From Candidatus Nanoarchaeia archaeon (lineage in GTDB: Archaea > Nanobdellota > Nanobdellia > Pacearchaeales > GW2011-AR1), in contig JBNGDY010000006.1 in the NCBI GenBank assembly GCA_049975665.1, forward strand, positions 1-14,902: a DNA stretch of 14,902 nucleotides, given 5' to 3'. Made by a program: the position numbers and the translations under genes. Positions 1-7,672 of this stretch are shown here, one piece after another. The stretch's first letter is position 1. Every line of letters starts with the position of its first letter. The notes beneath the pieces are model-generated. The model did not search any database, was not told the DNA's origin, and saw only the letters and a program-made list of their open reading frames with translations.

Positions 1-344
1 TCTTTTAACCATGCATCCTTTTGCTTATCTGGCACATGCTGGAATATATCAAAACCAGAAAATTCATACTTATTCTTACCTTTAAATATATCTTCTTCTA
101 ATTGCTCTTGGAAGATGCTATTACTAGCTCGTTCCACACCCGCCCAATAAACAATCTTTAAAGCACCTCTTGTGCCCTTTCTAAATGTCCTGGTTGAAAT
201 AGTGCCAAAATCATGTTCTATCTTATCCACATACCTATCAGCAGTTCTCCAGTTCTTATTAATATGTTTAGCAATCTCCTGCATACTTCTAGGTTTAGAA
301 TAAACAAAATCTTCTATCTTCTTAACAATCTTAGAATCTAACAT
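1..344 (-). CDS. Hypothetical protein with winged-helix-like N-terminus (N-terminal part only; ORF runs off the window edge)
   Basis: Hand translation of the reverse strand from the ATG (complement of 342-344) is open all the way to position 1: MLDSKIVKKIEDFVYSKPRSMQEIAKHINKNWRTADRYVDKIEHDFGTISTRTFRKGTRGALKIVYWAGVERASNSIFQEQLEEDIFKGKNKYEFSGFDIFQHVPDKQKDAWLK. It is absent from the ORF track because there is no stop in the window. A TATA-like element lies 21 nt upstream of the ATG, as for other genes here. The SMQEIAKHI...TADRYVDKI segment resembles a wHTH. Confidence 0.5.
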   Translation of the reverse strand, partial: MLDSKIVKKIEDFVYSKPRSMQEIAKHINKNWRTADRYVDKIEHDFGTISTRTFRKGTRGALKIVYWAGVERASNSIFQEQLEEDIFKGKNKYEFSGFDIFQHVPDKQKDAWLK

Positions 345-365
345 ATCTAATCTAAACAAAAGAGA

Positions 366-373
366 TATTTAAA
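366..373 (-). promoter_or_regulatory. TATA box candidate for the truncated ORF 1-344
   Basis: Reverse strand reads TTTAAATA. There are 21 nt between the box and the ATG. Confidence 0.45.
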
Positions 374-439
374 CTTATGCAACACTGATGACAAAGATTT
401 GTCAATAAAAGTCATAATAACTACAACTCTTATAAGAGT

Positions 440-961
440 ATGAAAAAAGAGGCAGTAATATTTTTAGACAAAGATGGCACACTAGTAGATAATGCTGGCT
501 ATCCAGAGAAGATCCCATCAGATGAATTACTAGATAATATAATAGAAGGTTTAAGATACTTACAAGATAAAAATTATAAACTAATCATAATTTCAAACCA
601 ACCCTGGATATCTAAAAACAAATTAACAAAACAAGAAGTAGAACAAATATTTTCTAACTTAATAAATAAATTAAATAAACAAGGCATAAAAATACTAGAC
701 TATTTTTATTGTCCACACCAGTCATCAGATAATTGTAATTGTAAGAAACCAAAACCAGGATTAATACATCAAGCTATTAATAAATATAATATTGATTTAA
801 ACCACTCCTATATCATTGGTGATATGGATTCTGATATTGCACTAGCTAAGAATCTTGGCATCCCATCTATCCTTGTTTTAACAGGCAGAGGCAGAGACTT
901 TATGCATCTTTCATCAGATTATGTTATTGAAAATATAAATCAAGTAAAAGAGATATTATGA
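440..961 (+). CDS. gmhB: HAD-superfamily subfamily IIIA phosphatase, GmhB/histidinol-phosphatase-like (D,D-heptose 1,7-bisphosphate phosphatase family)
   Basis: HAD motif I is FLDKDGTL (DxDxT) and motif II is ISNQ. The motif III Lys lies in CKKPKPG and motif IV is GDMDSD. The Zn-loop signature CPHQSSDNCNCKKP (C-x-H-x6-C-x-C-[KR]KP) is typical of GmhB/HisB-N. The physiological substrate cannot be deduced from sequence. Confidence 0.8.
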   Translation: MKKEAVIFLDKDGTLVDNAGYPEKIPSDELLDNIIEGLRYLQDKNYKLIIISNQPWISKNKLTKQEVEQIFSNLINKLNKQGIKILDYFYCPHQSSDNCNCKKPKPGLIHQAINKYNIDLNHSYIIGDMDSDIALAKNLGIPSILVLTGRGRDFMHLSSDYVIENINQVKEIL

Positions 962-1632
962 GTGAAGAAAAATTCAATCCACCTTTTGAGATACCATTGG
1001 GAGCATTAGAAGATAGTATTAACCACCACTTAAATGGCAATGCACCTGCATACAATCTTGTTTTACCACCAAGATTTCTAACTAAAGTAGATGATATTAC
1101 ACTAATGAGGGAAAGTGAATTATCAGCATTAGTAAGACATATACCATTAAAAAATCAAGACATCTATCCATATGAACATGCTGAAATCGAGACATATAGA
1201 ACAGAACCACACTGCTTTAAAATAGGACAAACATTCATATTACAGAGAAAAATACTAGATATTATGCAGAATTTAGAAAGAAAATTATTAACACATTTCT
1301 CAACATCAGGCATATCAAAACTACCTCCCTTAAAATTTTATGGACAAGACCAAGAAGGTAGGAAAGCACTGGCATTGTACATACCTCCTTTTGTAGAGCA
1401 TTTTGACAGCCCAGCATTAATAGATGGTATACATAGAAGCTATATCTGTTCATCAGCAGGAACAACAATTAATGCTGTACATATCTACCATCCTTCTATG
1501 CCATTACCATTCCACCCAATAAGATGGCAAGATACATCATTAATGCAAGAAAAACCACCTAAAAATGAGAGATATCAGGATTTAAGAACAGAATTATTCA
1601 GAGATTTAGGCAAGGTTGGTATTGACGGCTAA
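958..1632 (+). CDS. Hypothetical protein with possible ParB/sulfiredoxin-like fold (IDGxHR motif)
   Basis: 224-aa ORF whose ATG overlaps the TGA of the upstream phosphatase (ATGA, 958-961). The segment ALALYIPPFVEHFDSPALIDGIHRSYICS resembles the ParB-N/Srx core (P-x-x-V strand followed by IDG-x-H/R-R). I recognise no other family signature. Confidence 0.6.
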   Translation: MSEEKFNPPFEIPLGALEDSINHHLNGNAPAYNLVLPPRFLTKVDDITLMRESELSALVRHIPLKNQDIYPYEHAEIETYRTEPHCFKIGQTFILQRKILDIMQNLERKLLTHFSTSGISKLPPLKFYGQDQEGRKALALYIPPFVEHFDSPALIDGIHRSYICSSAGTTINAVHIYHPSMPLPFHPIRWQDTSLMQEKPPKNERYQDLRTELFRDLGKVGIDG

Positions 1633-2243
1633 ATCTCAATAACCTTCCCTCTTCTTCCAACATTTATCACCTTAGTCTTACCTATCTTTTCTTCTATACC
1701 TTCTGCTTCATGTATATGCCCTTGTATGAGGATATCAGGATGAAAATAATCTATTGCCTTTCTTAACAAACTATCTCCTTTAAAACCAGAAAATTCAGCC
1801 TTACTACCCGCTGCATGTAAATGGCTTACAAGTATGCTCCTGCCCTTTTTCTTAAATCTCTGGAAATTATATTTTAATTTATCCAGACCATCATTATCTA
1901 ATGAAAGCTTGAAATCAGGATTACCCACTCCCAGGATATTAATACCTTTATAATTTACATAATATCCATGTAAGTTTTTAGCACCCTCTTCTCTTAATAA
2001 GCTAGCTTCTAAAGATGTATCCCAATTACCTGGTACAAAAGCAACTTTCTGCTTCCTATCCTTAAATGGCTTCATTACTATCTTGCTTTGATTTTCAAAC
2101 ATGCCATGTAAATCACCAGCCAGCACTATGAGATCAACCTTTTCTTTCTCAGCTTTCTTAGCAAGTTCTTCTGCAATCTCAGGAGAACCATGCAGATCAC
2201 CAGCTGCTAATATCTTTAACTTCTCTTTATCTCTCTTAACCAT
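1629..2243 (-). CDS. Metallophosphoesterase (calcineurin-like, YfcE/MJ0936-type)
   Basis: The canonical motif series is present in order: AAGDLHGS (DxH), LAGDL (GD), GNWD (GN[HC][DE] variant), SHLH, GHIHE (GHxH). Size is 204 aa. A TATA box lies 20 nt upstream of the ATG. Confidence 0.8.
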   Translation of the reverse strand: MVKRDKEKLKILAAGDLHGSPEIAEELAKKAEKEKVDLIVLAGDLHGMFENQSKIVMKPFKDRKQKVAFVPGNWDTSLEASLLREEGAKNLHGYYVNYKGINILGVGNPDFKLSLDNDGLDKLKYNFQRFKKKGRSILVSHLHAAGSKAEFSGFKGDSLLRKAIDYFHPDILIQGHIHEAEGIEEKIGKTKVINVGRRGKVIEI

Positions 2244-2263
2244 AATATTATATGTTAGTAGGG

Positions 2264-2271
2264 TATATAAA
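2264..2271 (-). promoter_or_regulatory. TATA box candidate for the metallophosphoesterase gene
   Basis: Reverse strand reads TTTATATA, 20 nt from the ATG at 2243. It sits back-to-back with the plus-strand box at 2273-2280. Confidence 0.5.
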
Positions 2272-2272
2272 T

Positions 2273-2280
2273 TTTTAAAA
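2273..2280 (+). promoter_or_regulatory. TATA box candidate for ORF 2303-2557
   Basis: TTTTAAAA lies 22 nt upstream of ATG 2303. Confidence 0.45.
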
Positions 2281-2302
2281 TCCCCCTAATCTTTTCTATA
2301 AA

Positions 2303-2557
2303 ATGAAATGGAGTAGAGCTGTTTATGAAAACCTATCAGGCTCATTTAGAGAAGCATATGAAAATCTTAGAAAAGCATACAAACATAATAACAAACTATT
2401 TACACATCAGGAAGCATTAACAATAATATCAAATAATCATCTAGATAAGGCAGCAAACATCTTAGCTAGATTAGTAGATGAACAATTAGTTTTAAAATCA
2501 AGATGGACACATGGCCCTTCAGGTGAAGATTCTTATTTACCTGTATCTTTAGATTGA
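2303..2557 (+). CDS. Small hypothetical protein (84 aa), possibly helix-turn-helix-like
   Basis: Non-overlapping ORF with its own TATA-like element (TTTTAAAA) 22 nt upstream. Composition resembles neighbouring genes, and a T5 run (2559-2563) follows the stop directly. No recognisable family motif. Confidence 0.5.
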   Translation: MKWSRAVYENLSGSFREAYENLRKAYKHNNKLFTHQEALTIISNNHLDKAANILARLVDEQLVLKSRWTHGPSGEDSYLPVSLD

Positions 2558-2720
2558 ATTTTTAAGATTACTAGCAACTACTTCTTCTCTTCCCTAAATT
2601 CTTGACAATAACTATAAAAATTATATATTGACTCTGCCATGCTAAGTCCAAAATTTATATTTGAATTAGCATTATAACATTCTTCCATAATCCTGAGATT
2701 TACAAATCTTTCATAAACAT

Positions 2721-2728
2721 TTTTAAAT
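2721..2728 (+). promoter_or_regulatory. TATA box candidate for valS
   Basis: TTTTAAAT lies 20 nt upstream of ATG 2749. Confidence 0.5.
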
Positions 2729-2748
2729 AATACTCTTCTTATCACAAT

Positions 2749-5112
2749 ATGCCTAAATATCAACCAGAAGAAATAGAAAAGAAATATAGAGATTATTGGG
2801 AACAAGCAGGCATCTATAAATTTAATCCTGCTAGTAAAAAGAAGGTTTATAGTATTGATACACCTCCTCCATATGCATCTGCAGGACACTTACATGTAGG
2901 ACATGCCTTACATTACACACAATTTGAAATTATAGCAAGAGCTATGAGACAGATAGGATATGAAGTCTATTTTGCACCAGGTTTTGACGACAATGGATTA
3001 CCAACAGAAAAATATGTAGAAGAAAAACTCAACATCAATAAATCAAAGACAAATAGAGCTGAATTTAGAAAATTATGTCTCGCAGAATCAAAAAAAGTAG
3101 AAGAAATCTACAAAGAAAGTGTATTTAAGAAATTAGGACATAGTTATGACTGGACATTATTATATGAAACAATCTCCCCACAAGCACAAAAAGTTTCACA
3201 AAAAGCATTTTTAGAATTAGTAAAAAAAGGAGATTGTTATCAAAAACAAGAACCTACGATCTGGTGTCCATATCACGAAACAGCACTAGCACAAGCAGAA
3301 GTAGAAGACTTACAAAGAGAGACAACATTAAATTACATAGATTTTGATATTGGAAATGAAAAGATAACAATCGCTACTACACGTCCAGAATTCTTACCAG
3401 CATGTGTAGCAGTATTTGTTAATCCAAATGATAAAAAGCATAAACATCTTATTGGAAAAGAAATCACAATACCCCTCTTTAATTATAAGGTGAAAATAAT
3501 GGGAGATGAAACTGTTGAAACTGATTTTGGTACAGGCATATTAATGGTATGCACATTTGGAGATAATGCAGATATAGAGAAATATAAAAAATACCACTTA
3601 GATTTAAGAAATATTCTAAATAAAGATGGTACATTAAATGAATTAGCAGGTAAATATAAAGGATTATCTTTGAAAAAAGCAAGAGAACAAATATTAGATG
3701 AATTAAAAAAACAAGGCAGATTAAAAAAACAAGAAACAATACAACAAACAGTAGGAGCTTGCTGGAGATGCTCAACACCAGTAGAATATATAGTAACAAA
3801 ACAATGGTTTATTAAAGCATTAGATTACAAGCAGGATTTAATTAAAAGAGGCAGACAAATCAAATGGCATCCTGAATTTATGAGAAACAGGTTTGAAGAT
3901 TGGGTAAACAACCTTGCATGGGACTGGATTATCTCTAGACAGAGATATTATGGTGTGCCAATACCAGTATGGTATTGTCCATCTTGTCAAAGAGTAATAT
4001 TGCCTGAAGAAGATGAACTACCAATAGACCCTCTTGAAACAGAAAAACAATGTCCTTCCTGCAACAAGCCTGCAAAACCTGAACAAGATGTATTTGATAC
4101 CTGGATGACATCTTCAAATACACCAGAAATCGCATTAAGATGGTTAGAGAGACCAAAACAATATGAAAAATTAGCACCAATGTCTCTAAGACCTCAAGCA
4201 CAGGATATAATAAGAACATGGGCATTCTATACTATCTTAAAAAGTCATCTCTTATTTAACAGAATTCCTTGGAAAGATATCATGTTAGGCACATTTGTAT
4301 TAGATTCAACAGGCAGGGGCATGTCTAAATCAAAGGGCAATGTAGTTTGGGCAGATGAGCTTATTAGCAAGTATGGAGTAGATGCTTTTAGATACTGGGT
4401 AGGTTCTGCTTCTATAGGTAGTGATATCTCATTTAAGGAACAGGAACTAATAGCTGGCAAGAAATTTTTAAATAAGCTATATAATGCTGCAAATTTTATC
4501 TCATCTAATATAAAAGACTTTGATAATAAGAAGCCTGCAAAATTAGAAGCAATAGATAAATGGCTCTTACAAGAAGTTGATAAAACAGCTAAAGAAATTA
4601 AAAATCATTATATGAATTATGAGATTCCAAGTGCAAGAAGAGCTGCTGAGAAACTATTCTGGCATTTATTTTGTGATAATTATTTAGAAATTATTAAGGA
4701 TAGGATATATAATGCAACAGGTAGCAAGAACCAGTCAGCCCAATATACACTATACCATAGCTTATTAACAATATTAAAACTATTTGCCCCAATCACCCCA
4801 TTTATAACAGAAGAGCTATATCACCAAATATATAAGAATAAGGAGAAATTCTCCTCAATACATATTACTACTTGGCCAGATTTGAAAATCAAGCAAGACA
4901 AGAAGATAGAAGCATCAGGTAATCTATTTTTAGAAATCTTATCAAATATAAGACAAGAGAAATCAAAAAATAAAAAACCAATGAATGCACCTATCATCCT
5001 AAAACTAGAAAAGAAGCAACAAGACAAGCTCAAGGATATGATAGATGATTTAAAAGCAGTTACTAAGGCAGATATAGAGACAGGCAAGTTTCATGTTAAA
5101 TTTAAAGATTAG
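2749..5112 (+). CDS. valS: Valyl-tRNA synthetase (class Ia aaRS with CP1 editing domain)
   Basis: The N-terminus DTPPPYASAGHLHVGHALHYTQFEIIARAMRQIGYEVYFAPGFDDNGLPTE matches the archaeal ValRS HIGH region. Editing-domain motifs TTRPEF and GTGILMVCTFGD are present. Zn-knuckle-like CWRCSTPVE and CPSC...CPSC are present, as is the KMSKS loop GMSKSKGN. At 787 aa it is too short for archaeal LeuRS or IleRS. Confidence 0.9.
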   Translation: MPKYQPEEIEKKYRDYWEQAGIYKFNPASKKKVYSIDTPPPYASAGHLHVGHALHYTQFEIIARAMRQIGYEVYFAPGFDDNGLPTEKYVEEKLNINKSKTNRAEFRKLCLAESKKVEEIYKESVFKKLGHSYDWTLLYETISPQAQKVSQKAFLELVKKGDCYQKQEPTIWCPYHETALAQAEVEDLQRETTLNYIDFDIGNEKITIATTRPEFLPACVAVFVNPNDKKHKHLIGKEITIPLFNYKVKIMGDETVETDFGTGILMVCTFGDNADIEKYKKYHLDLRNILNKDGTLNELAGKYKGLSLKKAREQILDELKKQGRLKKQETIQQTVGACWRCSTPVEYIVTKQWFIKALDYKQDLIKRGRQIKWHPEFMRNRFEDWVNNLAWDWIISRQRYYGVPIPVWYCPSCQRVILPEEDELPIDPLETEKQCPSCNKPAKPEQDVFDTWMTSSNTPEIALRWLERPKQYEKLAPMSLRPQAQDIIRTWAFYTILKSHLLFNRIPWKDIMLGTFVLDSTGRGMSKSKGNVVWADELISKYGVDAFRYWVGSASIGSDISFKEQELIAGKKFLNKLYNAANFISSNIKDFDNKKPAKLEAIDKWLLQEVDKTAKEIKNHYMNYEIPSARRAAEKLFWHLFCDNYLEIIKDRIYNATGSKNQSAQYTLYHSLLTILKLFAPITPFITEELYHQIYKNKEKFSSIHITTWPDLKIKQDKKIEASGNLFLEILSNIRQEKSKNKKPMNAPIILKLEKKQQDKLKDMIDDLKAVTKADIETGKFHVKFKD

Positions 5113-5120
5113 CAGGCTAA

Positions 5121-5438
5121 TTATAACCTATCAAGAGTAAATCGTATCTCAGTAGTATTCTGTCCATGGTCTTTTAGGGGTGATTGAAATATTCTATATA
5201 CTGGCTTATCCCTCACAAGAACAGGTCCACCAAGATAATCAGCTAGACATTTACCTTCATAATCTATCTTTTCTAATGTTCTTACTAATTGAGAATAGTT
5301 CCCCTTAAAATGAGCATCAACAATACTAATTCTACCAATAGCTTCATGCCTATTCCTAACTTGCTTAATCTCAACATACTTGCCCAACTCTGGATGAGTT
5401 GCAACATAACTTGCTAAAGGTGTCATATCTTTATCCAT
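5121..5438 (-). CDS. Hypothetical protein (105 aa)
   Basis: Clean non-overlapping ORF convergent with valS, with an 8-bp gap. Amino-acid composition is balanced and not low-complexity. I recognise no family motif. Confidence 0.55.
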   Translation of the reverse strand: MDKDMTPLASYVATHPELGKYVEIKQVRNRHEAIGRISIVDAHFKGNYSQLVRTLEKIDYEGKCLADYLGGPVLVRDKPVYRIFQSPLKDHGQNTTEIRFTLDRL

Positions 5439-5648
5439 TTTCTATAAATAAATTTAGAAGGATAATTACTTGATATCTAACATTTAAAAATGTTTGCATA
5501 GATTGAGATGTTTCAGATAAGCCAGTTAGTTATGAATGAATAGAATCGATTAATTCAAAACCCCCCTTAAATAATATAAAGATTAACACAAATCCTAACA
5601 TCTCAACAACCATTATCAATAAACAAGCAGATAAAAGCTTTCTCAAGT

Positions 5649-5656
5649 TTTATAAA
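5649..5656 (+). promoter_or_regulatory. TATA box candidate for the aRF1 operon
   Basis: TTTATAAA lies 21 nt upstream of ATG 5678. Confidence 0.55.
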
Positions 5657-5677
5657 TACTCTAATCCTGCTTAAAAC

Positions 5678-6769
5678 ATGGAACAAGCTGAGAAATATGA
5701 ATTAGAAGAAACAATACAAGAACTAGAAGAATATAGAGGCAGGCATACAGAACTTGTCACACTATATGTACCAGCTGGTTACAATATCCATCAAGTAAAA
5801 ACACAAGTAGATGAGGAAAAAGGCACAGCTGAAAATATTAAAAGTAAAACAACAAGAAAGAATGTAATTGAAGCATTAGAAAAAATCTCCAGACAATTAA
5901 AGACATTTAAAAAAGTACCAGAAAATGGGATGGCAATCTTCTCAGGTAATGTTGGAGGAGATGAACAATCAGATGTGCAGATATGGATTATTGAGCCACC
6001 AAAACCATTAAATATTAAGTTATATAGGTGTGACCAATTATTTGTCTTAGACCCGTTAAAAGAAATGATAGAAACAGAAGAAGTTTATGGTTTATTAATA
6101 ATAGATAGAAAAGAAGCAACAATTGGGTTATTAGAAGGTAAACAAATTAATGTTCTGCAAGAACTAACTTCAGGAGTGCCAGGCAGTATGAGAGCAGGTG
6201 GGCAATCAAGCCAACGTTTTGAACGATTAATAGATGAAAAAGCAAAAAGCTTTTTCAGAAGAGTATCAGAAACTATGAAAAAACACTTCTTTGAAAAAGA
6301 GAATTTAAAAGGCATATTAATTGGAGGTCCTGTACCTACAAAAGAAGAGTTTTTAGAATCAGGCAATCTTACAACATCTTTAAAAAATAAAGTGCTTGCA
6401 ATGAAAGATATAGGAGATACAGGCAAGCATGGTTTAGAAACTCTTGTATCATCAAGTGAAGACATATTAGCAGAACAAGAAATAACAAGGCAGAAACACT
6501 TATTAGATAAATTCTTTGAAACACTAGCTAAAGAACCAGATAAAGTAACATATGGGGAACAAGAAGTACAATATAGATTACAAGAAGGTTCAGTAGATAA
6601 ATTAATATTATCTAAATCTCTTTCAAAAGATAAAAGAAAACATTTTGAAGAGCTTGCTAAACAAACCTCTGCAGAAGTACATATAGTAACAAATGAAACC
6701 TCTCAAGGAGTGCAATTTGACAACCTAGGAGGTATAGCAGGCTTACTAAGATTCGCAATCCCAACTTAA
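5678..6769 (+). CDS. prf1: Peptide chain release factor aRF1 (archaeal/eukaryotic class I release factor)
   Basis: NIKS motif (TAENIKSKTTRKN), YxCxxxF motif (YRCDQLF) and GGQ motif (RAGGQSSQRFERL) occur in the expected order and spacing. A TTTATAAA box lies 21 nt upstream of the ATG. Confidence 0.92.
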   Translation: MEQAEKYELEETIQELEEYRGRHTELVTLYVPAGYNIHQVKTQVDEEKGTAENIKSKTTRKNVIEALEKISRQLKTFKKVPENGMAIFSGNVGGDEQSDVQIWIIEPPKPLNIKLYRCDQLFVLDPLKEMIETEEVYGLLIIDRKEATIGLLEGKQINVLQELTSGVPGSMRAGGQSSQRFERLIDEKAKSFFRRVSETMKKHFFEKENLKGILIGGPVPTKEEFLESGNLTTSLKNKVLAMKDIGDTGKHGLETLVSSSEDILAEQEITRQKHLLDKFFETLAKEPDKVTYGEQEVQYRLQEGSVDKLILSKSLSKDKRKHFEELAKQTSAEVHIVTNETSQGVQFDNLGGIAGLLRFAIPT

Positions 6770-6770
6770 A

Positions 6771-7160
6771 ATGAGGTATAAACAAGGATTTCAATGTCTG
6801 ACTAAGTTTATGATAGCTGGCATCAGCTTTGCATGCTTAGGTATTATTTTGCTATATATATTCACAGATATTATTGGCATCTTCTATCTATTATCAGCTA
6901 TTCTCACATTTATCATATGCTCAACAGGTAACTTTCTTATTAATAAGAAATATACCTTCCAGGAATCAATTAGAGAAGGCATAGCGAGAAAATATATCGG
7001 ATTTATAGCAATTAATACATCAGCCCTGTTTGTAAACCTATTTTTCCTAGCATTATTAACAGAGGTTATTGGCATCTATTACTTGTTATCATATATAGTG
7101 GCCATGTGTTGTGCATTTTTTATAAATTTCTTTGGTGTTAAAACACTTATCTTCAAATAA
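6771..7160 (+). CDS. GtrA-like membrane protein (polysaccharide/glycolipid translocation family)
   Basis: 129 aa with four predicted TM helices. The family-typical pattern is FMIAGISF...ILTFIICSTGNFLINKKYTF followed by a second pair of helices. It starts 1 nt after the aRF1 stop. Confidence 0.75.
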   Translation: MRYKQGFQCLTKFMIAGISFACLGIILLYIFTDIIGIFYLLSAILTFIICSTGNFLINKKYTFQESIREGIARKYIGFIAINTSALFVNLFFLALLTEVIGIYYLLSYIVAMCCAFFINFFGVKTLIFK

Positions 7161-7672
7161 TGGTAGAAAGTAAGGAAACAGCAGAAGAACTAGAGAATGT
7201 ATTTGATGAAAAAGAAAAAGAAGCAGAAGAAAAAACAGAAGCTGCATTATTCATAGCAGGCAGGTTTCTCTCATTACAAGAATTAATCATGCTAACAGAT
7301 ATCAACCCAATCATGTTAAAAGAAATCTTATCTAGATTAGAGAAGAGATATGCAAAAGGAGCTATACAAATTACAAGAAGAAATAATAATTGGAAGATGG
7401 ATGTATCTAATAAATATACATATATGATTAATAAATTAGCAGGAGGACAAGAAGAATTTTCAAAAGCTGAAAAAGAAACTCTTGCTATAATTGCTTATAA
7501 ACAACCAATTAAACAATCAATTATTGTGAAGATTAGGGGTAATAAGGCATATGAACATATTAAGAAGTTTAAAGAATTAGGCTTACTAACTGCAAAAAAA
7601 GCAGGACATACATCAATTTTAGAATTAACAAAAGATTTCTATGATTATTTTAATCTGGAGGAAAAAGAATAA
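7160..7672 (+). CDS. scpB: Segregation and condensation protein B (ScpB, SMC-kleisin partner)
   Basis: Two tandem winged-helix units are present. The first is EAALFIAGRFLSLQELIMLT...ILSRLEKRY. The second is SKAEKETLAIIAYKQPIKQSIIVKIRGNKAYEHIKKFKELGLL, matching the ScpB signature (E-T-L-A-I-I-A-Y-x-Q-P-I...I-R-G). Its ATG overlaps the upstream TAA (TAATG). Confidence 0.75.
   Translation: MVESKETAEELENVFDEKEKEAEEKTEAALFIAGRFLSLQELIMLTDINPIMLKEILSRLEKRYAKGAIQITRRNNNWKMDVSNKYTYMINKLAGGQEEFSKAEKETLAIIAYKQPIKQSIIVKIRGNKAYEHIKKFKELGLLTAKKAGHTSILELTKDFYDYFNLEEKE
7657..7661 (+). promoter_or_regulatory. Shine-Dalgarno-like site for the internal GT2 gene
   Basis: GGAGG lies 10 nt upstream of ATG 7672, inside the scpB 3' end. 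It is the only clear SD-like element I saw before an operon-internal gene. Confidence 0.4.

Noticed and set aside
385-391. CTGATGA in the 345-439 spacer, resembling a C/D-box sRNA box C (RUGAUGA).
   Set aside because: The first base is C rather than a purine. No downstream CUGA box D or C'/D' pair lies within 50-70 nt on that strand. The spacer is already explained by two divergent promoters.
2578-2889. 103-aa minus-strand ORF spanning the valS start.
   Set aside because: Its N-terminal two-thirds is antisense to the well-supported valS 5' end and promoter, and the sequence is hydrophobic and low-complexity. Only the terminal 36 codons lie in the spacer, and these are listed as a low-interest sORF possibility instead.
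5678-6769. Possibility of stop-codon reassignment or recoding, given the short aRF1.
   Set aside because: The NIKS, YxCxxxF and GGQ motifs are canonical. TAA, TAG and TGA all terminate well-supported ORFs in the window (for example TGA at 959-961, TAG at 5110-5112, TAA at 6767-6769). No conserved gene is interrupted by an in-frame stop.
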